Below, one piece after another: positions 53,797 through 63,528 of a DNA stretch of 64,000 nucleotides (the stretch's first letter is position 1; each line of letters begins with the position of its first letter). This DNA is from Candidatus Limnocylindria bacterium. Its GTDB lineage: Bacteria; Chloroflexota; Limnocylindria; QHBO01. The DNA lies in assembly GCA_038322875.1 (NCBI GenBank), contig JBBQGI010000001.1:20372-84371 (forward strand). The letters run 5' to 3'. The notes under the pieces were generated by a model that was not told where the DNA came from, searched no databases, and saw only the letters and a program-made list of their open reading frames with translations. The position numbers and the translations under genes were made by a program.

Positions 53797-55215
53797 CTAT
53801 TCCTGGTCGCGGTAGGCCGCCCACGGGTCGTAGTCGGGGTCGGGTGGCGCGGCGGGCGGCCGATCCGCCTCCGGAACGTGGCGCAGGTTGACCCGGACCC
53901 GGTACCACAGCGTCGAGCGGCCGCGCATCCCGTCGACCAGCACGTCGTCCTCGGCGAGCAGGTTCGCGGCCTTCGCGTGGCGCTTCTTCCATCGCTCGAG
54001 CCCAGCCAGTGCCTCCTCCCTGGTGGCCGCCTGGCTGATGACGAGCAGCGGCTGCGTGGAGCGGCGGCGGCCGGTGGGCGAGACCGTGCCATCGGAGCGT
54101 CGCGCCGGAGGTGACGGCATGGCCGGAGCGACCGACCCCACTCGGCCGCGTGGGGCGGTCGGATCGGTCGGCGGGGGAGGCGAATCCGGCATGCGTCGCT
54201 TGGATGGCTGGACGCGCGGCGGCTCGCCCGGCTGCTTGGCATAGTTCGGCGGCCAGGGTGCGTCGCCCAGTCCTGTCGCCTCGTCACGGCCCGAGAGCTC
54301 CAGCAGTGCCTCCAGCGACCCCACTGCATCGTCGATCCCCGCCCCCACGTCGCCGAGCCGGGCGTATCGGTCCAGCATGGTGGTGATCGTGAAGTCCGCC
54401 AGCTCCGCGTCGGGGACCTCCTCCCAGAGCAACGGCGCGGATACCCGCGCGTCGGGCACCGGGCGCACCGAATAGGCCGATGCCACGGTGCGGTCCTTGG
54501 CGTTCTGGTTGTAATCCAGGAAGACGCCGTGACGCTCTTCCTTCCACCATTTGCTGGTGGCCAGCTCCGGGGCGCGCCGCTCGACCTCACGCGCCAGGGT
54601 GAGAGCCGCTCGACGCACCTCGCCGAATCCCCAGCGCCGCTCGATCCGGGCATAGACATGGATCCCGCGCGAGCCCGATGTCTTCGGCCAGCCGGTCAGG
54701 CCGTGATCGACCAGCACGTCGCGGACCACCATCGCCACGTCCCGGACCGCACTCCACGGGACGCCCGGACCCGGGTCCAGGTCGACCCGCAGCTCGTCAG
54801 GGTGCTCCAGGTCGTCGTCGCGCACCGGGTGCGGGTTGAGGTCGATGCAGCCGAGGTTGATGACCCACGCCAGCGCGGCCCCGTTGCTCACCACCACCTC
54901 GTCGGCGGTGCGGCCCGACGGAAACGCGAGCTCGACCGTCCTGACGAATGCGGGAACGGAGGCCGGTGCGCGCTTCTGGAAGAAGGCCTCGCCGGCTGCG
55001 CCGTTGACGAAGCGCTTCAGCGCCATCGGCCGGTCGCGGACGCCGCGCAGCGCTCCATCGGCGACGGCGAGGTAGTACTGCACCAGGTCGAGCTTGGTGA
55101 CCCCCGGCCCCTCGAAGAAGACCTTGCCGGGATTGCTGATGGAGACCTCGAAGCCGTCGACCTCGAGCAGGACCGATGCGTTCTTCGGCACGTCGAAAGG
55201 GTAGCCTCTCCCCAA
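53797..55215 (-). CDS. LigD-type NHEJ polymerase/primase domain protein (PolDom) with C-terminal extension
   Basis: PolDom motifs (VDGxExxLSN, GSRGIHVY); ~130-aa Pro-rich linker plus extra C-terminal domain. Confidence 0.85.
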   Translation of the reverse strand: MGRGYPFDVPKNASVLLEVDGFEVSISNPGKVFFEGPGVTKLDLVQYYLAVADGALRGVRDRPMALKRFVNGAAGEAFFQKRAPASVPAFVRTVELAFPSGRTADEVVVSNGAALAWVINLGCIDLNPHPVRDDDLEHPDELRVDLDPGPGVPWSAVRDVAMVVRDVLVDHGLTGWPKTSGSRGIHVYARIERRWGFGEVRRAALTLAREVERRAPELATSKWWKEERHGVFLDYNQNAKDRTVASAYSVRPVPDARVSAPLLWEEVPDAELADFTITTMLDRYARLGDVGAGIDDAVGSLEALLELSGRDEATGLGDAPWPPNYAKQPGEPPRVQPSKRRMPDSPPPPTDPTAPRGRVGSVAPAMPSPPARRSDGTVSPTGRRRSTQPLLVISQAATREEALAGLERWKKRHAKAANLLAEDDVLVDGMRGRSTLWYRVRVNLRHVPEADRPPAAPPDPDYDPWAAYRDQE

Positions 55216-55238
55216 TGGTCGAGCGCTGGAAGCGGTTC

Positions 55239-56096
55239 ATGGTTGCGGCCGATCGCTGGGCGGCGAGGCGACGCACGACGCGGGTCCTGGGCCGAGCGAT
55301 CACCGGCTTCGCCGAGCATGACGCGCCGGACGTCGCCAGCAGCATGGCCTACTTCGCCGTCCTCTCGCTCTTCCAGGTGGTCGTGCTGGGCGTGATCGCG
55401 TTCAGCTTCGTGGTCGGCGAGGGCGAGGCACGGCGCATCGTCATCGGACGTCTGGAGGCCGCGCTCCCGCTCGAGCCCGGGACGATGGGTGCCATCGTGC
55501 AGAGCATCATCGAGTCGCGGGGCGGGATCACCTTCGTGAGTGTCGGGATCCTGGCATGGGGGGCCCTCGGCTTCTTCGGCGCACTCAATCGCGGAGTCGG
55601 CCGCGCCTTCGCGACGCCCTCGCGACGTCCGTTCTGGCAGGACAAGCTGGTCGGCCTCCTGCTGCTCGGTGCAGCCGGGATGCTCGCCCTGATCTCGGTC
55701 GCCGTGGGCCTTGGCGCGAGCATCGCCGGGCGGCTGGCCACCGCCATTCCCGGGGGCGGGGCCGGGGGACGCCTTGCCCTGGACCTCGTCGGACTGCTCG
55801 TCCCGTTCGTGCTGGTGCTGATCGCCCTGCTGGTCGTCTACCGGGTCGCGCCGAACCGGCGGGTCACCTTCCGCCAGGTGCTGCCGGGCGCGCTGGTGGC
55901 GACGGTCCTCTTCACCATCCTCCGCGCAACCTTCACCTGGTACGCCACCGATGTGGCGCACTATGAGAGCTTCTTCGGGCCGATATCGGCGGTCATCACG
56001 CTCCTCGTCTTCCTCTACTTTGCGAGCGTCGTGGTACTCCTGGGTGCCGAGATTGCCCGCGCAAACGTGCTCGAGGACGACGATCCACCACGGTGA
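55239..56096 (+). CDS. YihY/BrkB family membrane protein
   Basis: family N-terminus (...SMAYFAVLSLFQ) and 6-TM topology. Confidence 0.8.
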   Translation: MVAADRWAARRRTTRVLGRAITGFAEHDAPDVASSMAYFAVLSLFQVVVLGVIAFSFVVGEGEARRIVIGRLEAALPLEPGTMGAIVQSIIESRGGITFVSVGILAWGALGFFGALNRGVGRAFATPSRRPFWQDKLVGLLLLGAAGMLALISVAVGLGASIAGRLATAIPGGGAGGRLALDLVGLLVPFVLVLIALLVVYRVAPNRRVTFRQVLPGALVATVLFTILRATFTWYATDVAHYESFFGPISAVITLLVFLYFASVVVLLGAEIARANVLEDDDPPR

Positions 56097-56228
56097 CGCC
56101 GGACCGTTGCTTGAGGTGGAGTGGTACCTTTTGGTAAGGTCACGCGCTCGGATCGCCCGGGTAGCATTCGGCGTCGAACACGTAATGGGGCATCTGGGCT
56201 TGATGAAAACCGCATCGATGACTGACGG

Positions 56229-57554
56229 ATGAGGCGACGATCTCATCTGGCCATCACGCTGATTGCCCTGCTGATGGTCGGAACGAGCATCGTCTCAAGC
56301 TCCCCCCGCGACTCGGCCCAGGCCGCGGACCCGCTCGCCGACGCGAAGGCGCAGCAGAACTCGCTCCAGAACACGCTGAGCGCGCAGCAAGCTGCCCTGG
56401 CTGCCCTGAAGACCAAGTCCACGGCCCTCGCCGGCAAGCTTGGCGCCGCCAGGGCGGAGCTCGCCGCGGTGACCGCGGAATACAACCGTGTCAGCGGCCT
56501 GCTGGGGGAGGTCCAGGCGGCGGTCACCGAGATCACGGCGCAGCTGGCCGACCTGCGGGCGCAGATCGACGCGCTCGATCGCCAGCTCACGTCGGTCGCG
56601 GTCCAGATCCGGGTTCAGACCGATGAGCTGCGAACTCGCGAGTCGCTCCTGCAGGAGCACCTGCGCTCCGCCTACGAGCACAGCCAGACATCGGTCCTCG
56701 AATTGATCCTCTCCGCTGACTCGCTCGACGCGGCCACCACCCAGGTCGGTTACCTGCTTACCCTCTCCGACCAGGATCGCCAGCTTGCAGGCGAGATTCG
56801 CGACATGCGCGCCGGCCTCGCATCGCGACGGGCCACCCTGCAGGAGGGCCGTCAGGGCGTCGCCGACGCCCGCGACCAGGCGGATGCCCAGGCTCAGCTG
56901 CTGGCGGAGCGACAGGGCGAGCTGGTCTCGATGCAGGCGCAGCTGGCCAGCTTGAAGTCTGCGGCGGACCAGAAGCGGCGCCAGCAGGAAGATGCTCTCA
57001 ACGCGGCGCTTCAGGCGAAGGGCAACGTCGCGCAGCAGATCGCCGACAGCCAGAAGGCCTTCGAAGCCCAGTCGAGCCTCGTGGCAAAGCTCCAGGCCGA
57101 ACAGGATGCGCGCAACCAGGCGCCTTCAGCCTTCGGCTTCAAGTGGCCGGAGGTTGGCTTCCACGTGACCCAGGAGTGGGGACCGACCACCTTCCTGCTC
57201 GAGCCGTCCTACACCTACAAGGGCAGGTTCTACCAGCACTTCCATGGCGGGATCGACCTCGGCAACGGCTGTGGCACGCCGATCCTGGCCGTGGGCAGCG
57301 GCACGATTTCAGCGTCAGGGCAGCCGCTCTGGCCCTGGGACTCCGGTTACGGCGTAGTGATCAGCCACGGCCTCGGCGTGCAGAGCTGGTATTGGCACCT
57401 GCGAGCGCAGGTGATCGTGCACCCCGGCCAGGCCGTGACTCGTGGCCAGGTGATCGGCTACGAGGGGACCACCGGCAACTCGACCGGCTGCCACGTCCAT
57501 TTCGCGATCAATGACCACGGCATCTGGGAGAACCCGCGGGTCTACCTGCCCTAG
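56229..57554 (+). CDS. M23 family metallopeptidase with N-terminal coiled-coil (EnvC-like), secreted
   Basis: signal peptide, ~280-aa Ala/Gln-rich coiled coil, C-terminal M23 motifs (HxGxD: FHGGIDL; HxH: CHVHF). Confidence 0.85.
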   Translation: MRRRSHLAITLIALLMVGTSIVSSSPRDSAQAADPLADAKAQQNSLQNTLSAQQAALAALKTKSTALAGKLGAARAELAAVTAEYNRVSGLLGEVQAAVTEITAQLADLRAQIDALDRQLTSVAVQIRVQTDELRTRESLLQEHLRSAYEHSQTSVLELILSADSLDAATTQVGYLLTLSDQDRQLAGEIRDMRAGLASRRATLQEGRQGVADARDQADAQAQLLAERQGELVSMQAQLASLKSAADQKRRQQEDALNAALQAKGNVAQQIADSQKAFEAQSSLVAKLQAEQDARNQAPSAFGFKWPEVGFHVTQEWGPTTFLLEPSYTYKGRFYQHFHGGIDLGNGCGTPILAVGSGTISASGQPLWPWDSGYGVVISHGLGVQSWYWHLRAQVIVHPGQAVTRGQVIGYEGTTGNSTGCHVHFAINDHGIWENPRVYLP

Positions 57555-59734
57555 GCTGATCCGGCGGCCGCCGTCTCCACGCTCTGGGACGCAGGTCGGT
57601 ACATGCGCTCCACGTACTCGCCGAGCATGCGCGCCGTGCTGAATTGCCAGATCGCGGCGTCGATCGCCTCACGCATGGTGGCGATCCAGTCGCCCGGCAC
57701 GCCCTCCGCGTCCCGCGCGTAGAAGCGCGGCACGACCTCCTCCTCGAGGAGCCGATAGAGCTCGGCCGCATCGATCTCGTCCTGCGCCGTCTCGTCCTCG
57801 AGCGTCTCCCGTCCCCCGATCGCCCACCCGTTCCTGCCATTGAACGCCTCGTCCCACCAGCCATCCAGGATGCTGATCGACGGGATGCCGTTCATCGCCG
57901 CCTTCATGCCAGAGGTCCCCGACGCTTCCAGTGGGCGGCGAGGATTGTTCAGCCAGATGTCGACCCCGCCGACCAGGAATCGGGCGACGCGCATGTCGTA
58001 GTCCTCGAGGATGAAGACGCGGCCGTGCAGCGCAGACGAGCGTGACAGGGCGAAGATGCGCTGGATCACCTTCTGGCCCGGACGGTCCGCCGGATGCGCC
58101 TTGCCGGCCAGCAGCAGCTGCACAGGACGCTCCGGGTCGGCCAGCAGCCGGGCCAGGCGCTCCTCGTCGTGGAAGAGCAGGTCGGCCCGCTTGTAGGTCG
58201 CGAAGCGGCGCGCGAAGCCGATCGTCAGCGTCTCCGGATCGAAGGCGGCGTGCATCTCGCGCAGAACGCCGGGCGATTCCCCATGACGGGCGAACTGGCG
58301 GGCAAGACGGCGGCGCACGAATTCGAGCAGCTCGCGCTTCTGCTGGCGGTGCGAGCCCCATAGGTCCCCCTCCGGCATGCCCCGGAGTCGTTCGAAGATC
58401 TCGGGGCCGCCCACATCGCTGCCCAGGGAAGTGGCGGTCGCCCGCTCGTAGAGGCGACGCAACGGCCGCCCGACCCACGTCGCCACATGGACCCCGTTGG
58501 TGATCGCGGTGATCGGTGCCGTGAGCAGCGCGCTCCAGGTGGCGTTGGCGGTCTCGCCATGCAGCCGGCTGACTGCATTCGCCGCCGTGGCATGGCGCAG
58601 CACGAATGCCGTCATGTCGAACGGTGGCTCCGCTTCATCGCCCAGGCCACGTCCAAGCTCCATCAGCCGTTCGGCGGGCACCCGGCAAGCCTCGAGCCAG
58701 GGAGCGAGCAGGCGGCTGGCGAGCCCGCGCTCAAATTGTTCGTTGCCGTCCTTCACCGGGGTGTGGATCGTGAACACCGCGTTCTTGCCGGAGCGGCGCA
58801 ATGCCTCCTCGGCGTCGAGTCCAGGTTCCTGCACGAGCAGCTCCCGTGCGCGCTCGAGGAGAAGGAAGGCCGAATGCCCCTCGTTGAGGTGCCAGGCAGC
58901 CGGCTCGATGCCAAGGCCCCGCAGCGCGCGCACCCCCCCAACCCCCAGGATCAGCTCCTGGCATAGCCGCATCTCGCGGCCGCGGACGTAGAGGATGTGG
59001 GTGATCGGCCGGTCGGCCCCGTCGTTCGCCGGGATATCGGTGTCCAGCAGGAGGAGCGGCACCCGGCCAACCTGCGCCACCCACACCGCGGCATGCACCT
59101 TGCGTCCGGGAAAGTCGACGCTGACCTGGAGCGCTGAGCCATCTCGCCCGCGGGCGCGGCGCAGCGGAAGTGCAGCTGGATCGAGATCCGGCTGAGCGTG
59201 TTCCTGGTGACCATCGGCGTCGATCTGCTGTCGGAAGTAGCCGCGGCGATACAGCAGACCCACCGCGACGAATGGCAGCGCCGCGTCGGACGCCGATTTG
59301 CAGTGGTCGCCGGCCAGGATGCCCAGTCCGCCCGAATAGATCTGCATCGACTCATGAATGCCGTATTCAGCGCAGAAGTAGGCGATCGGGCCGGGCAGTG
59401 AGGCGGAGGGATCCCGGTCGGTTGCCCGGCGGTACCACGAGTCGGAGCCGTTGGCGAGGTAGCGGTCGAACTCGTCGAGGAGACGGCTGGCATCCACCAT
59501 GAAGTCCTCGTCGGCGAGGAGCTCGGCCCATCGGCCAGGCTCGAGCCCACGCAGCACGGGGACCGGACTGCGGTGACGGGCCCAGGCCGCCGAGTCGATC
59601 CGGGCAAAGAGGGCGCCTGCGCGCGGCGTCCAGGACCACCACAGGTTGTAGGCCAGCTCGCCGAGGCCCTCCAGTCCCGGAGGCAATCCAAAGTCATGGC
59701 CTGGCTGGGTCGGCACACGGACCGGGCTCGTCAT
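57551..59734 (-). CDS. glgP: alpha-glucan phosphorylase (GT35, GlgP family)
   Basis: 727 aa with family-wide similarity including PLP-lysine region (SGTSGMKAAMNG). Confidence 0.95.
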   Translation of the reverse strand: MTSPVRVPTQPGHDFGLPPGLEGLGELAYNLWWSWTPRAGALFARIDSAAWARHRSPVPVLRGLEPGRWAELLADEDFMVDASRLLDEFDRYLANGSDSWYRRATDRDPSASLPGPIAYFCAEYGIHESMQIYSGGLGILAGDHCKSASDAALPFVAVGLLYRRGYFRQQIDADGHQEHAQPDLDPAALPLRRARGRDGSALQVSVDFPGRKVHAAVWVAQVGRVPLLLLDTDIPANDGADRPITHILYVRGREMRLCQELILGVGGVRALRGLGIEPAAWHLNEGHSAFLLLERARELLVQEPGLDAEEALRRSGKNAVFTIHTPVKDGNEQFERGLASRLLAPWLEACRVPAERLMELGRGLGDEAEPPFDMTAFVLRHATAANAVSRLHGETANATWSALLTAPITAITNGVHVATWVGRPLRRLYERATATSLGSDVGGPEIFERLRGMPEGDLWGSHRQQKRELLEFVRRRLARQFARHGESPGVLREMHAAFDPETLTIGFARRFATYKRADLLFHDEERLARLLADPERPVQLLLAGKAHPADRPGQKVIQRIFALSRSSALHGRVFILEDYDMRVARFLVGGVDIWLNNPRRPLEASGTSGMKAAMNGIPSISILDGWWDEAFNGRNGWAIGGRETLEDETAQDEIDAAELYRLLEEEVVPRFYARDAEGVPGDWIATMREAIDAAIWQFSTARMLGEYVERMYRPASQSVETAAAGSA

Positions 59735-59844
59735 CAGGTGCCCGATGATACCGGTGCCGGCCTATCCCCCTTTGGTCCCATGCGCGGAACGAGGGTGTGG
59801 GTATCGCTGATCTGGACGCCAGGGCGTACCCTATCGGACCCGTG

Positions 59845-62472
59845 ATGGACGGCTATTCGGTTCAAGAAGCAGCGACCGTCCTCGGGGTCGCTGAAGTGCG
59901 CGTCTGGGAACTGTTGGCCCGGGGCGTCATTTCCGGGACCCCCGAGGGTGACTCCATGCGCGTTTTTCTCAAGGCCGCGGCAGCGCCGTCGCCAGGGCCC
60001 GCTCCCCGCGACGAGCCACCGCGTACCAACGGAAATGGTGGTTCGCATGGCAACGGCGGTGAGCTGAGTGCGTTCCGAGAGGTCCTGACCGAGTTTCGCA
60101 ACCTGACCGAGCGCTATGGCCAGGCCCTCCTGGCGCTCGGCGAAGCCCGAGGCGAGGTTGCCGGGCTCCGCTCGCGGGTCGAGCTGCTCGAGGCGCGCCA
60201 AGACCTGCGCCTGCCGACCGCCCGCGATGACAGTCCGATTGCGTGGGGAGCGTCCGCCCCCAGCACGCCCACGCCTGAACCAGCGGTTCCTGCCAGTGTG
60301 GAGGCCGTGATGCCTGCTCCCGCACCGGTGCGTCCGGGCCCTCGCCCCCGGCCACGCAAGGCCCGCTCCAAGAAGATTGCGATGACCGGCTTCGCCGACG
60401 CGCTGGCGCGTGCACAGGACCCATCAGTCGCTGGTGTTGGGGACGCCCTGCCCTCCGTGGAGTTGGCCGTCGAGCAAATCGCGGAATTGTCCTCCGAGCC
60501 GTTCGCGGACGTCGTCGTGGAATCAATCGCGGCGTTCGACACGGAACCGATCGCAGACCTCGCCACCGAGCCGTTCGAGGATGTCACGACAGAGCCGTCG
60601 GAGGACCTCGACACCGAGCCGTTCGAGGATGCCGCCGCGGCGCCAATCACAGACCTCGGCGCGGAGCCGTTTGAGGATGTCGCCACGGCGCCGATCGAGG
60701 AATTGGCGGCGCCGCTCGCGGATGTCGCCGCGGGGGCGGAGACCTCTGAGCGATCGGGCGACATGGCGAAGGAAGAGGCTTCTGTGCCCGTCCGAGATGA
60801 AGCGACTGAGTTGGCCGCCGCAGAGCCCGAATCCGATGGGGCAGCGCCGACCTACAGCGCCGCCGTCGTCGAGCCGGACTGGTTTGCGGACGGTGACTTC
60901 GCCTGGCTGGATGCCGCCGACGCGGAAGCACGCAGCCAGCCCGAGCCGAGCGCCGTCCCCGCGACCACTGAAGCCGCCGTGGCTCAAGTGGCCGATGCCG
61001 ACCCCGTGACCGCCGCCGAGGCCGAGCTGGAGACCGAGCCCACGATCGCTCCCGAAGCCGAAGCCGAAGCCGAGCTGGCGGCAGCGCATGAGGACAACCA
61101 GCCTGAGCCGGTCATCGTCGCTGAGACCGGGGCCAAGCTGGCGCCAACGACGGAAGACGTGGAGCCCGAGACGACCGTAGTCGCCGAAAACGACGCTGAC
61201 GTGGCGCACGCGCCCGTGCACCTCGAGCCCGAACCGGACGTAGTTGCCAGAGCGGATGCTGAGGTCGCGCACGCATCCTTGGAGCTTGAGCCCGAATCGG
61301 TCATCGTCGCAGAGGCCGAAGTGGTACTGGGGTCCGAGGCTGGCATCGAGTCCGACCCGGTGACGATCGCCGGGGCCGAAGCTGAGGTGGTGCCCGCACC
61401 CGAGGACCTTGAGCCGGAGCCGGGCATGGTCGCCGAAGAGGCGGCGTCGGCCGATGACGAGGCGTACGCCGAGTCGGAAATTGGGATCGACGCTACGGCC
61501 GCGGTCGAGCAGCAGCCCGTCCTCGACCAGGCGGAGTTCGTCGAGCCGGAGCCATCGGTCGATCCGGAGTCGATTGCGTCTGCCGATACGGAGCGCGCCA
61601 TCGCCTCGGCATGGGGCGCCCCAGTCGATCCGCAGCTTGCCGGCGAACCCATCTTCCTCGACAACGAGATGTCAGCAGAACCGGAGCCAGACCTCGAACC
61701 GGAGCTCACGGCCGACGAAGAGCCGAAGCCCGCCGACGCTGTCGGTTCCGCGTCCGTGGAAGCGGATGTCCGGACGTCGCACGAGAACGCGGATCCGATG
61801 GGCCTGGTCGGGCAGGAATCAGCGTCAGGGCGAGCTGATCCCGGACCGATTGCGCTCCGGCAACGCGATCCTGATCCGGCTCCCGAGTTCCGCTCGCCCA
61901 GCGGCGAGGAAGAGATGATGTGGATCGGCGACGACCGTGAAGCGGCGTCGGAAATGAAGGCCGGCAGCCGGACCTTGCCGGTGGCCCCCTCCCGGTGGGA
62001 GACCGCAGCAACCGAGTCATGGCCCGCCGCGGACAGCGCTTCAAAGACTGCCGACTCGACGCGACCCCCGCTGGCCATGACCGAGGACGAGCTCGCCCAG
62101 CTGGCGCGTGATGAAGGCTGGAATGATGCCGAGGTGGCTGCGATCCGAGCCATGATCTGGCGTCCGGGTTCGCCTACCGCCGGATTGCCCGGGGGCGAGG
62201 AGCTGGACGAGGCAATGGCCGCCCTGGACGCGATCCCGGTCGAGGCGACCGATGACCCTGGGGCCTCGCGCGAATGGGCGAAAAGCCCCAGGGCCGAACA
62301 TCAGCCGCCTCCCGCCAAGGACTGGACCTTCGAGCTCGAGCCGAGCCTCGACGAGCTTCCGCCCGCGCGCACTGCGCCGCGCCGACCCCTGCCGGATCCC
62401 AGCCGAGCGCGTCGTCGGAAAGGCCCGGCGGCGACGGCCTATCGTCGGCTTCGTCGCCTCTTCCCGAGCTAG
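59845..62472 (+). CDS. large acidic low-complexity protein with N-terminal HTH (MerR/excisionase-like) and coiled-coil
   Basis: N-terminal YSVQEAATVLGVAEVRVWELLARGVI helix-turn-helix, then coiled coil, then ~700 aa Glu/Ala/Pro/Val-rich repeats (TEPFEDV..., AEVAHA.LELEPE...). Confidence 0.6.
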   Translation: MDGYSVQEAATVLGVAEVRVWELLARGVISGTPEGDSMRVFLKAAAAPSPGPAPRDEPPRTNGNGGSHGNGGELSAFREVLTEFRNLTERYGQALLALGEARGEVAGLRSRVELLEARQDLRLPTARDDSPIAWGASAPSTPTPEPAVPASVEAVMPAPAPVRPGPRPRPRKARSKKIAMTGFADALARAQDPSVAGVGDALPSVELAVEQIAELSSEPFADVVVESIAAFDTEPIADLATEPFEDVTTEPSEDLDTEPFEDAAAAPITDLGAEPFEDVATAPIEELAAPLADVAAGAETSERSGDMAKEEASVPVRDEATELAAAEPESDGAAPTYSAAVVEPDWFADGDFAWLDAADAEARSQPEPSAVPATTEAAVAQVADADPVTAAEAELETEPTIAPEAEAEAELAAAHEDNQPEPVIVAETGAKLAPTTEDVEPETTVVAENDADVAHAPVHLEPEPDVVARADAEVAHASLELEPESVIVAEAEVVLGSEAGIESDPVTIAGAEAEVVPAPEDLEPEPGMVAEEAASADDEAYAESEIGIDATAAVEQQPVLDQAEFVEPEPSVDPESIASADTERAIASAWGAPVDPQLAGEPIFLDNEMSAEPEPDLEPELTADEEPKPADAVGSASVEADVRTSHENADPMGLVGQESASGRADPGPIALRQRDPDPAPEFRSPSGEEEMMWIGDDREAASEMKAGSRTLPVAPSRWETAATESWPAADSASKTADSTRPPLAMTEDELAQLARDEGWNDAEVAAIRAMIWRPGSPTAGLPGGEELDEAMAALDAIPVEATDDPGASREWAKSPRAEHQPPPAKDWTFELEPSLDELPPARTAPRRPLPDPSRARRRKGPAATAYRRLRRLFPS
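60470..61450 (+). repeat. degenerate in-frame tandem repeats encoding acidic EPFEDV / LEPEP motifs
   Basis: recurring gagccgttcgaggatg... and ...gagcccgaa... units. Confidence 0.6.
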
Positions 62473-62477
62473 CTGGC

Positions 62478-62981
62478 GTGACCGGGGGCAGCGCCGCATC
62501 GAGGTTGCCCGACCTCGGACCGCGCGGCGAGGGCTGGGTCGTAGGACAGGTCCTGCTCCTGGGCCTGCTGGTAGCGGTCAGCCTCCCGCGCATTTCGCAC
62601 CTGCTGCCTCCCGACCTCCCGAGCTGGGTTGCATTCGCCTTCGGCGCCATGTCCCTGGCGGTCGCGGGAACGACCCTGGTGAGTGGCTTTCGCGATCTCG
62701 GCCGAAACCTGTCGCCGCTCCCCAGGCCGCGCAGTGATGCCATCCTGGTCGAATCGGGGATCTACGCGAGCCTCCGGCACCCGGTCTACGCCGGCCTGAT
62801 CCTCGGGGGCATCGGCTGGAGCTCACTGACCCGCAGCCTGCCCGCCTTCGTCGTGGCCGTGATCCTGGCGATCTGGCTGGATGCCAAGGCGCGTCGCGAG
62901 GAGGCCTGGCTGCTCGAGCGATACACGGGCTACGCGGCCTACCGGCGTCGCACGAAGCGGTTCCTGCCCGGGGTCTACTGA
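62478..62981 (+). CDS. isoprenylcysteine carboxyl / phospholipid methyltransferase family (ICMT/PEMT) membrane protein
   Basis: C-terminal GIYASLRHPVYAGLILGGIGW family signature, 4 TM helices; GTG start after preceding stop. Confidence 0.7.
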   Translation: MTGGSAASRLPDLGPRGEGWVVGQVLLLGLLVAVSLPRISHLLPPDLPSWVAFAFGAMSLAVAGTTLVSGFRDLGRNLSPLPRPRSDAILVESGIYASLRHPVYAGLILGGIGWSSLTRSLPAFVVAVILAIWLDAKARREEAWLLERYTGYAAYRRRTKRFLPGVY

Positions 62982-63048
62982 GCAAGCTGCGCGGAGTCAG
63001 GCCAGCGCCACGGGAACCGGAGTTGCAGCCGTGGCGAAGATCTGCATA

Positions 63049-63528
63049 ATGCTTCGCGTGACACGAATGATTCGCGACGCGAGAACTGTTGCAGCCGAGT
63101 TGCTGAACGAGCTGGCGCCGATCATCGCCGGCGAACGGGCCGCTTTCGCCCATCGGTGCCTCGAGCGCTCGATCAGCATGACCCACCTGCACCTGATGAC
63201 CCTCCTCGACGCGCACGGCCCGCTGCCGATGAGCCGGGTGGCGGAGCTCCTGGGTTGCGGCATGCCGACCGCTACCGGCGTGGTGACCCGCATGGAGGAG
63301 CGCGGCCTGGTGTCGCGCGAGCACGACCGCGACGATCGCCGCGTCGTCACCCTGAGCCTGGCCGATGCGGGCGCCCGGGAGATCCGCGAGCTGCACGTCA
63401 ATCGGCGCCAGCGCATGGCGACCGCACTTGCACACCTTTCCGACCCGGAGCGGGCACAGCTCCTGGCGTCGGTCCGATCCCTTCGCGCGGCGTTCAACCG
63501 TGTGAATCAAGAAGGAGTTCCCGCTTGA
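63049..63528 (+). CDS. MarR family transcriptional regulator
   Basis: winged HTH (MSRVAELLGCGMPTATGVVTRMEERGLVSREHDRDDRRVVTLSLADAG); alternative start at 63067. Confidence 0.85.
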   Translation: MLRVTRMIRDARTVAAELLNELAPIIAGERAAFAHRCLERSISMTHLHLMTLLDAHGPLPMSRVAELLGCGMPTATGVVTRMEERGLVSREHDRDDRRVVTLSLADAGAREIRELHVNRRQRMATALAHLSDPERAQLLASVRSLRAAFNRVNQEGVPA

